Source: an uncultured Haloferula sp.
GTDB lineage: Bacteria > Verrucomicrobiota > Verrucomicrobiia > Verrucomicrobiales > Akkermansiaceae
DNA: 64,000 nucleotides
Direction: 5' to 3'
Assembly (NCBI GenBank): GCA_965652295.1
Contig: CBFGTS010000001.1
Location: 128,001 to 192,000, forward strand
Made by a program: the position numbers and the translations under genes. Under the pieces are notes generated by a model that saw only the letters and a list, made by a program, of their open reading frames with translations, did no database searches and had not been told where the DNA came from. This document shows, piece after piece, positions 21,194 through 28,698 of the stretch. Every line of letters begins with the position of its first letter. Position 1 is the stretch's first letter.

Positions 21194-21209
21194 TGGCATA
21201 TCGGGTGCT
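21194..21209 (+). promoter_or_regulatory. Second putative sigma54 promoter (FGE-TIM-Rieske sub-operon)
   Basis: TGGCATATCGGGTGCT with GG-N10-GC spacing and the same GGTGCT -12 variant as the site at 15028. Confidence 0.55.
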
Positions 21210-21262
21210 GATGACAAATGGTGAATCTCCGTCCGCCGGTTTCGCATTGATTGTTTTGGAGC

Positions 21263-21982
21263 ATGCTCAACCCCGCCTCATGTCCGCTTTCCGACCTGCT
21301 GGATTGGGTGGAGATCCCGCCCGGCGAGTTCCAGATGGGCGGTCTTGAAGAGGACAAGTTCGTATCCTCCGTCGAGCTGCCGCGGCACCGGGTGGTGATC
21401 GGGTGTGCCTTTGCCCTGAGCCGCGGGCCGGTGACACGGCGGCTCTGGGAAACAGTGATGGGTGCCCTTCCTCCGGGAAACCGGAAGGGCTTGTCCGATA
21501 ACGCCCCGGTGGTGGCCGTGTCTTGGTCCGAGGCTCTCGCCTTCTGCCGCGAGGTTGGCGGTGGAACTCGTCTGCCGAGCGAAGCGGAGTGGGAATTTGC
21601 CTGCCGAGGGGGCAGCGTCAGCGTCTTTCCCCATGGCGCTGCCCTCGATGCGGGAGATGCGAACTTTCTTTACGATGAATGGGGTCGTTCGGTCGGCTGC
21701 GGCGCTCCGAGTCCGGTCGGCCGCTACCTCGCGAATGCCTTGGGCCTGCATGACATGCTGGGCAATGTCTGCGAGTGGACCACCGATTTGTGGCATCCTG
21801 GTTATGCCGGTGCACCGGTCGATGGACGGGCGTGGCTGGAAGGCTGCCATCTTGGACGGCGCGCGATCCGTGGCGGGGCGTGGGATCATCTGCCGCGGGT
21901 GCTCCGGGCATCGTGGCGGGATTGGGCACCGGAATCCGCACGTTGGGACAACCTCGGTTTCCGGATTGCCCGGGATGTCTGA
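21263..21982 (+). CDS. FGE-sulfatase (SUMF1-like) domain protein lacking the catalytic cysteines
   Basis: IPPGEFQMG, RLPSEAEWEFACRGG, NALGLHDMLGNVCEW, RGGAW..NLGFRIA; no CxxxxC pair after RGGAW. Confidence 0.85.
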   Translation: MLNPASCPLSDLLDWVEIPPGEFQMGGLEEDKFVSSVELPRHRVVIGCAFALSRGPVTRRLWETVMGALPPGNRKGLSDNAPVVAVSWSEALAFCREVGGGTRLPSEAEWEFACRGGSVSVFPHGAALDAGDANFLYDEWGRSVGCGAPSPVGRYLANALGLHDMLGNVCEWTTDLWHPGYAGAPVDGRAWLEGCHLGRRAIRGGAWDHLPRVLRASWRDWAPESARWDNLGFRIARDV

Positions 21983-22859
21983 TATCAAAACCATGGACCT
22001 CTCGCTTTTCAAAACGCTGTGGGGTCACGATGGCTCGCTCGATGAAGCCGTGACGGCCTGCCTGGAGGCGGGCTTCGCAGGGATTGAGGCACCGGCCCCT
22101 CTCGACCAAACGGAGAGGAAGACGTTTTTCGCGACGCTGGAGAAGGCCGGGCTCGAATGGATTGCGGAAATCAGCACTTGCACGCCGCCCGGAACCTATG
22201 TGCCGGTGCCGGATCGATCCGTGGAGGACCATCTCGCATCGCTGGAAGCCGGGGTTCGGATTGCGCTCAAAGGCTCGCCGATCTTCATCAACACGATGGC
22301 TGGCTACGATGCTTGGCCGGTTTCCGAAGCGATCCGTCTCTTCCGTGGCGTGGTGGAGCTGGAGCAAAAGCACGGGATTGCCATTACGGTGGAAACGCAT
22401 CGGGGTCGTCCCACCTTCACCCCCTGGGCCACTCGCGAGATCCTTGACGCCGTGCCGGAGTTGAAGATCACCTGTGACTTCAACCATTGGTGCGTGGTCA
22501 CCGAACGCTTCATTCTCGATGACCTTCCGGACCTCCTTTCGCTGGTGGTCCGTCACGCGCATCACATCCAACCACGCGTCGGCTACGCCCAAGGCCCGCA
22601 GGTTCCGGACCCGCGGGCACCGGAGCACGCGGATGCTCTCGCCGCGCACCTGCGCTGGTGGGACGCTGTGTGGGACTCGATGCGGGATCGCGGCTTCGGA
22701 CGCGTCACGATGACCCCTGAGTTCGGGCCGGATGGCTATCTCCAATGCGCTCCTTTCACCCGCACTCCGGCGGCCGATCTGTGGGAAGTGAACCGCTGGA
22801 TCGCCCACCACCTGAGCGATCGATTTCATCGACGAACCTCGCCACTTCAAGCCTGTTAA
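21975..22859 (+). CDS. Xylose-isomerase-like TIM barrel metalloprotein
   Basis: FKTLWG, VETHRGR, DFNHWCVV, RVGYAQGPQVPDPRAPE, TMTPEFGPDGY. Confidence 0.75.
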   Translation: MSDIKTMDLSLFKTLWGHDGSLDEAVTACLEAGFAGIEAPAPLDQTERKTFFATLEKAGLEWIAEISTCTPPGTYVPVPDRSVEDHLASLEAGVRIALKGSPIFINTMAGYDAWPVSEAIRLFRGVVELEQKHGIAITVETHRGRPTFTPWATREILDAVPELKITCDFNHWCVVTERFILDDLPDLLSLVVRHAHHIQPRVGYAQGPQVPDPRAPEHADALAAHLRWWDAVWDSMRDRGFGRVTMTPEFGPDGYLQCAPFTRTPAADLWEVNRWIAHHLSDRFHRRTSPLQAC

Positions 22860-22862
22860 ACC

Positions 22863-24065
22863 ATGAGCACCACTGCTGTATCAACCGCTCCGGACAAACC
22901 CCTCTTTGAAGGCATCCGCCAGGCGGCCTCGCTGCCGCGTGAACGCTCCATCACCCTTCCTGCCGCGGCTTATCTAGATGCGGATTTCCTGGCGTTCGAG
23001 GAGGCTGAGATTTTCAAGAAGGAGTGGATCTCCCTCTGCCATGTTTCACAGATTCCGAATCCCGGCGACTTCGTCCGTGTCGATCTCTGCGGCGAGCCGA
23101 TGCTCGTTGTGCGCGGCAAGGACCAGAACGTCCGCGTGCTTTCGCGCACCTGCCGTCACCGCGGGATGGATCTCATGCCCAGCGGATTCGGGCATCCGGA
23201 CGAGGGCAACCAGCGCGTGATCCTCTGCCCGTATCATCTCTGGAGTTATGATCATGGCGGAAAGCTCATCGGTGCTCCGGAAATGCAGAAGGCCGAGGGC
23301 TTTGATCGCTCCGAGGTCTGCCTTCACGAATTCCGCTCCGAAATCTGGGAAGGCTTCGTTTTCGTGACGTTCTGCGATGACACGCCGTCGGTCTCCGGGA
23401 AGTACGCGCGTTTGAAGGATGAGTTCATCGGCAAGTGGAACATGGGCGGCGGCCAGCTGGTATGGTCGGCCCACTGGGACTGCCCGTTCAATTGGAAAGT
23501 GCTGCTGGAGAATTTCATGGAAGCCTACCACCACATGGGGGCGCACATGAAAACCCTGGAGCCGTTCCTGCCTGCGCGCGGCTGCTGGACCGAGCCCTGC
23601 GACCCGAACTTCTCCGCCATGCACCTGCCGTTGAAGGGGAGTCTGAAGCAGGAGATTCTCGATCGAGGCGGACCCGAAACGCCCTTCCCGGTCTTCCCCG
23701 GCTTGAAGCTGGAGGACTGCCTCGAATGGTCGATCTACCTGGGTTTCCCCAACTTCCTGCTCTTTTCCGCGCCCGACCGGGTCTATTGGTATCGTTTGCT
23801 TCCGACCGGTCCCGAGACCTGCTCGCTGCTCACGACGATGATCCTCCCGGAGTCCGCGAAGGAAATGGAAGGCTACGAGCAAGTTCTCGAATCCGAGATC
23901 CAGGCGGGCATCGATTTCCACATGGAGGACATGGAAGTCTGCACCGCCACCCAGTGCGGCATCCGCTCGGCGGGCTACGCCCAAGGGCGGCTCAGCCACC
24001 TGGAAGAGCCCATCTGGCACTTCCAGAAATATCTGGCGGGAGTGATCGCGCGAGCGGGGCGATAG
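22863..24065 (+). CDS. Rieske non-haem iron oxygenase alpha subunit (choline monooxygenase/CntA/GbcA-like group)
   Basis: CRHRG..CPYHLWSY Rieske motif; NWKVLLENFMEAYHHMGAH and ED mononuclear iron ligands. Confidence 0.9.
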   Translation: MSTTAVSTAPDKPLFEGIRQAASLPRERSITLPAAAYLDADFLAFEEAEIFKKEWISLCHVSQIPNPGDFVRVDLCGEPMLVVRGKDQNVRVLSRTCRHRGMDLMPSGFGHPDEGNQRVILCPYHLWSYDHGGKLIGAPEMQKAEGFDRSEVCLHEFRSEIWEGFVFVTFCDDTPSVSGKYARLKDEFIGKWNMGGGQLVWSAHWDCPFNWKVLLENFMEAYHHMGAHMKTLEPFLPARGCWTEPCDPNFSAMHLPLKGSLKQEILDRGGPETPFPVFPGLKLEDCLEWSIYLGFPNFLLFSAPDRVYWYRLLPTGPETCSLLTTMILPESAKEMEGYEQVLESEIQAGIDFHMEDMEVCTATQCGIRSAGYAQGRLSHLEEPIWHFQKYLAGVIARAGR

Positions 24066-24102
24066 AGCGTGGCGGGTGGAGTTACGCCCCTGAGAACGGG
24101 GC

Positions 24103-25188
24103 TTACTCTCCCACCCAACGCTCGATCATGGCAGCCGCCACCTCGTCACACCCGGCTTCGGCAGGTGGCCCGGCGATGTTGGTGGCGGCGATGACGGCGA
24201 AGTCCTTTTCCGGGGCCAGCCACATCACGGCATACCACATGGTGTTCGACCCGCTGTGGGTGAGCGCGGTGCCGCCGGCCCAGTCACGTTGGGTGACGAG
24301 CCAGCCGCAGGCGTAGGAGCCGCCCTCCGCAGCTTGGTGGAGGCGCTTGAGGGTTTCCGGCTTCAAGAGAGCCTTTGGGGTCTCCGAACCGAGGTGGAGC
24401 ATGGCGAAGCGTGCGAGGTCATCGAGGGTGCAGTGGACGCGCCCGGCTGGCGCGATGGCAGGAGGATTGTCGTCTTGTACGGGAACCGTCGTATCTTCCT
24501 TCCGGATGTGGCCCCAGGGTGCATCGCGTTTTTCCGGCGGACCGAAGCCTGCGGATTTCATGCCGAGCGGTTGGAAGAGTTTTTCGGTGATGAGTTCCTC
24601 CCATGCTTGGTCGGCCAGCGTTTCCAGCAGGGCACCGGCGATGGCATAGCTTTGGTTCGAATAGATCATCTGCGTTCCGGGAGCCGCCGCAGGAGCCTGG
24701 GCAAGGACGGCCTCGACGAACTCGAGGCGTTGCTTTCGTGGCGTTCCTTTCTCCTCCCACGCCCGCGCCCAGGCGTCTGGGGGCGGCTCGCCGGGCACTC
24801 CTCCACGGTTTCTCAGCAACTGCTCGAGCGTCACTGCCTGGTAGTCGGGATGCATCTTCCGCTTCAGCCGGGGAAAGACGTCGGCGATGGTGGTATCCCA
24901 GCCGAGGAGATCCTCATCAATCATCACGCCGGCCAGTGTGGCGGTCATGGACTTGGTGAGGGAGCCGAGGTGAAAGGGATCGTCGATGGTGATCCGCCCG
25001 GCCTTTCCATGCTGGCGTTCACCCACCGCGGCGCGATCGACGATCGCCCCGTCTTTCGCCACCACCACCGCTAGGGCGGGCAGGGCGTGTTTTTCCCTGA
25101 CGCTTTCCAGAAGGTCGGGAGTTTCCGCGCTGGAAGTGATCGCGCTGCACGTCGCGACCAGAGCGGCTATCTTGAGAAGTGACTTCAT
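24103..25188 (-). CDS. Secreted serine hydrolase (beta-lactamase/class C family)
   Basis: Signal peptide; SLTK (SxxK), YSN, LFQPLGM, HSGS. Confidence 0.88.
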   Translation of the reverse strand: MKSLLKIAALVATCSAITSSAETPDLLESVREKHALPALAVVVAKDGAIVDRAAVGERQHGKAGRITIDDPFHLGSLTKSMTATLAGVMIDEDLLGWDTTIADVFPRLKRKMHPDYQAVTLEQLLRNRGGVPGEPPPDAWARAWEEKGTPRKQRLEFVEAVLAQAPAAAPGTQMIYSNQSYAIAGALLETLADQAWEELITEKLFQPLGMKSAGFGPPEKRDAPWGHIRKEDTTVPVQDDNPPAIAPAGRVHCTLDDLARFAMLHLGSETPKALLKPETLKRLHQAAEGGSYACGWLVTQRDWAGGTALTHSGSNTMWYAVMWLAPEKDFAVIAATNIAGPPAEAGCDEVAAAMIERWVGE

Positions 25189-27107
25189 GACCGTTCCTGA
25201 ATCTCGCCGTTCTCGTAGGCTTTGACGAGTTCTTCGAGGGCGCGGATCTGGGCACGGAGGCTTTCACCCTGTTCCGTGTCGCCGACCATCCGCGGTCGGT
25301 CGTACGCGCGAACGAGCTGCATCGTGGGGATGAGGTCGGCGCCCTCGCGGACGGCGGCGACGGGATCGGGGAACGCGTGGTGTTCGGCGAGCACCTCGCC
25401 TTCAGGGGCGAGGATGAAGGTGTATCCGCGGTCGCCGTAGGCTTCGGAGAACGCGCCGTCGATCGTCACGGCATTGCCGCCACCCTTGAGCGGGCTCTCG
25501 CCTTCCTCGACCTTCACGGGGACGTGGCCATTGACGATGATGCCGCCCTTCGGGACGCCCATCTCCGTGCAAATGCGGTCGCAGAATCCGAAGTCGTGAA
25601 TCCAGCGGAACCACGGGTTCTTGACTTCGCGGTGGGTCGACTCGTCGGCGAGGAAGTAGGTCTCGAAAGTCGCCATGCGGTCCTTGCCGAAGAGCGGTGA
25701 CTTGGGTCCGGCCCACAGGTAGTAGAACCAGTCGAGATCCGATTGGGTGACTTGTGACCCGGCGCGGAAGGCGCGCTTGATGACGCGGTTCAGGGCCGGG
25801 AATTGCTCCGGGCCGCGGCATTCGTGGCCATCGATCCCGAGGGGCAGGAAGCCGCCGCTCTCGTCCACCGCGAGGCAGGCGTGGAAAATCACGGCGCGGT
25901 CCCGGACGAGCGCCATGCAGCCGCGTTCGGCGACCCATTTCATGTGCTCCCAGAGGCGTGGCGAAGAGGTGAAGGATTCCTTGAGCCGGTCCATGCAGTG
26001 CCGCTCTTCCGGGGAGAGGCGGTTGGGATCGGCCGGATCGATCGTGGGCAAGTACGAGTCCCGTAGTGGATGAACGGCGTCGCCGAGCCGGACGGTCGAG
26101 TTTTCGAAATCGATGCATGGCAACAGGTTGCGGTCGTCCATTTCCCACTCCGGATGGCGCTCGATCATCTGTCCTTGCAGTTTGAACTCAAGGATGGCCG
26201 CGGCCTTGTGCATCCGGGCGATGAGCAGCGGGTCGCGTTCGCCGCTGCGCTTGGAGACGAAGTGCGTGGCGGGATCATCGCCATAGGCGCTTTCCGCGAG
26301 CTGTTCGAGGGCTTTGGTGAGCAGTCCGTAGCCTTCCTCCAGTTGATAGAGGCGGCGGTAGCGGAGGGAAATGCGCATGACGAGGGCGATGAGTGCTTCG
26401 TTCCCCAGACAGGCTCCCATCCAGCTCACGTCGTGGTTGCCCCAGATGAGTGAGACGTGGGGCTGGTGCAGGAGGTAATCCACGACCCGGTCGAGCCGCG
26501 GGCCGCGGTCGCCGAGGTCACCGGCGACGATGGTTTCCTCCACGGTGAGATTCCGGATGAAGCGCGACGCGCTGCGGATGGCGGAGAAATCAAGCCGGCG
26601 GCGGACCATTTCGCGAAGCTGGACCTCAAGAAAGACGGGGGCATGACCGCCGGCGGGATAGTTCAGCAGCACCTCGAAGAGTTCGCGGTGCTCGCGCGGA
26701 GCGAGCTGCTTGACGGTCTTGCGCCGCCGTTCGCGGATCATCATGCGGATCAGCTCGAACTGCCGCGTGAGGGTCGTCAGCACCCACTGGAAGCGCGCTT
26801 CGTCGTCGGGCAACTCATCGTCCTTGAGCTGTAGGATTTCCGCCGGGTAGTAGAGGATGTGGAGAAATTCCTCGAATTCGGAAGGCTCCAGCCGGCTCTC
26901 GAAGAGCTCGGATACCAGCGGCCGCAGTCGTCCCGAGGCGTTGTTGATCACGTGGCGGAGCTTCTTCGCCTCGCCATGGATATCGGAAATGACGTGGATG
27001 ACGCCCTTCGGCAGTTCGAGCTGCGCCTTCAGCGCCGCGATTTCGGAAACGGTTGATTCGATCGTGGGAAACCGTTCTGCAAGGGCGCGATGGATCCATC
27101 CGGACAT
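25185..27107 (-). CDS. fbp: Fructose-1,6-bisphosphatase class 3
   Basis: LPKGVIHVISDIHGE, GDLGDRGP, WGNHDVSWMGA, SPLFGKDRMATFE, VNGHVPVK, IDGAFSEAY. Confidence 0.88.
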   Translation of the reverse strand: MSGWIHRALAERFPTIESTVSEIAALKAQLELPKGVIHVISDIHGEAKKLRHVINNASGRLRPLVSELFESRLEPSEFEEFLHILYYPAEILQLKDDELPDDEARFQWVLTTLTRQFELIRMMIRERRRKTVKQLAPREHRELFEVLLNYPAGGHAPVFLEVQLREMVRRRLDFSAIRSASRFIRNLTVEETIVAGDLGDRGPRLDRVVDYLLHQPHVSLIWGNHDVSWMGACLGNEALIALVMRISLRYRRLYQLEEGYGLLTKALEQLAESAYGDDPATHFVSKRSGERDPLLIARMHKAAAILEFKLQGQMIERHPEWEMDDRNLLPCIDFENSTVRLGDAVHPLRDSYLPTIDPADPNRLSPEERHCMDRLKESFTSSPRLWEHMKWVAERGCMALVRDRAVIFHACLAVDESGGFLPLGIDGHECRGPEQFPALNRVIKRAFRAGSQVTQSDLDWFYYLWAGPKSPLFGKDRMATFETYFLADESTHREVKNPWFRWIHDFGFCDRICTEMGVPKGGIIVNGHVPVKVEEGESPLKGGGNAVTIDGAFSEAYGDRGYTFILAPEGEVLAEHHAFPDPVAAVREGADLIPTMQLVRAYDRPRMVGDTEQGESLRAQIRALEELVKAYENGEIQERS

Positions 27108-27219
27108 GCCGGAGCATGACCGCATCCCCGCCCTGAACCCAAGCCTCCGTGCGATGAAACCTCCGAATCCACCGACCCAGCGCGGTTCATGGGGCCGGGA
27201 GGTCGGGCTGTGGGAAAAG

Positions 27220-28197
27220 TCAGCCGCCCAGGTCGGTTTCACCCACGCCTTCGAAGGTGATCTTGATCGGCTTGATGCGTCCGTTCTCGTCGAACTCCAT
27301 GCGGTCGATGCAGGTCACGCGGGCATTGCCATCCGTTTCCCCCAGCGGGCGGCGGTGATAGACGGCGAACCATTCATCTTTTCCCGGCACCTGGATCACC
27401 GAGTGATGGCCCGCTCCGGTGGCGACCTCCGGATCCTGCTGAAGCACGGTGCCGATCCGCTCGAAGGGGCCGAAGGGCGAATCACCGATAGCATAGGCAA
27501 CGCGGTAGTCGGGTCCGGTCCAGCCACCCTCGGACCACATGAAATAGTACTTCCCGCCGCGCACGAACATCACCGGACCTTCGACGTAGTCCTGCGGCGT
27601 GATTTCCTTGAAAATGCTGCCGTCGTCAAAGGGGACGAAGCCGGTGAAGTCGTCGTTGAGCTTCGCGATGTTGCAATGACGCCAGCCGCCGTAGATCAGA
27701 TAGTGGGTGCCATCCGGGTCCTTGAACACGAACTGGTCGATCGGCTGCGCGCCGTGATGGAACTTGTCGATGAGCGGCTTGCCGAGGTGGTCCTTGTAGG
27801 GGCCCTGCGGTTGGTCGGCCACGGCCACACCGATGCCGCCGAGTTGTTCGTCGTTCTGAATGTCATTGGCTCCGAAGAAGAAGTAATACTTCCCGTTCTT
27901 TTCGATCGCCGAGGGCGCCCACATCGCGCGCGTCGCCCACTTGATGTCCTTGTTCGTCAGGATCCGGCGGTGCTTTTTCCAGTGGACCAGATCCTTTGAG
28001 GAGAAGGCGTCGAAATGAAGCTGCTCGTCGTAGGGAGCCGAGTAGGTCGGAAAAATCCAGCAGGTATCGCCGAAAACCAGCGCCTCGGGATCGGCGTAGT
28101 GGCCTTTGAAGACAGGGTTCTTGGCGAGAGCGGCGCAGCCGAGACCGCACAGAGCGGCCGCGACCAACAAGGTCGGTCGGAAGGTCAGGGAGTTCAT
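27220..28197 (-). CDS. Glycoside hydrolase family 43 protein
   Basis: Signal peptide; ADP, WAP, ID, EGP, GHHS five-bladed propeller motifs. Confidence 0.9.
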   Translation of the reverse strand: MNSLTFRPTLLVAAALCGLGCAALAKNPVFKGHYADPEALVFGDTCWIFPTYSAPYDEQLHFDAFSSKDLVHWKKHRRILTNKDIKWATRAMWAPSAIEKNGKYYFFFGANDIQNDEQLGGIGVAVADQPQGPYKDHLGKPLIDKFHHGAQPIDQFVFKDPDGTHYLIYGGWRHCNIAKLNDDFTGFVPFDDGSIFKEITPQDYVEGPVMFVRGGKYYFMWSEGGWTGPDYRVAYAIGDSPFGPFERIGTVLQQDPEVATGAGHHSVIQVPGKDEWFAVYHRRPLGETDGNARVTCIDRMEFDENGRIKPIKITFEGVGETDLGG

Positions 28198-28261
28198 CTT
28201 GGGTTGCAGCAGCCTACGCCGCACCCCGCTCCCGTCTTCCGCGGAAAACGCGTGAAGCGTG

Positions 28262-28651
28262 TCAGACGCCGGCTTCCTCCAGATGCTTTTCGATGCATGC
28301 CAGGATGCGCTCGAAGTCCGCGGTTTTGCTCACGAAAGGCAGCCCGCCGGTGATGGTTTCGCCATCGTCGCTGTTGGGGTTTTCCTCGACGAGCGCCGTG
28401 AGCATCAGCACCGGCAGGTCGCGAAGCGCCGAATCCTGGCGCATCTTCGCCACCACATCGCCGCCGTCCATGCCGGGCATGACGACGTCGATCAGGCACA
28501 GGTCGGGCTTGAAGTCCCAGATGGCGTCGATCGCCTTTGAGGAGTCGTTCACCTCGCGGACCTCGAAGCTGCCGGCTTCTTCCAGATTGGCCTTGAGCAG
28601 GGCGGTGAAGTCCGGCTCGTCATCGATGATCAGGAGGCGTGTCGCTTTCAT
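28262..28651 (-). CDS. Single-domain response regulator
   Basis: LIIDDE, IDVVMPGMDG, MLTA, SK. Confidence 0.9.
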   Translation of the reverse strand: MKATRLLIIDDEPDFTALLKANLEEAGSFEVREVNDSSKAIDAIWDFKPDLCLIDVVMPGMDGGDVVAKMRQDSALRDLPVLMLTALVEENPNSDDGETITGGLPFVSKTADFERILACIEKHLEEAGV

Positions 28652-28698
28652 GGTTCCTCTACTATCCCTTGGGCCGGTCGTGGATTCAAGCCGCCGCT

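Noticed and set aside
21263..21982. Formylglycine-generating enzyme for the sulfatase at 40442
   Set aside because: The catalytic cysteine pair is absent and the gene is embedded in an unrelated cluster.
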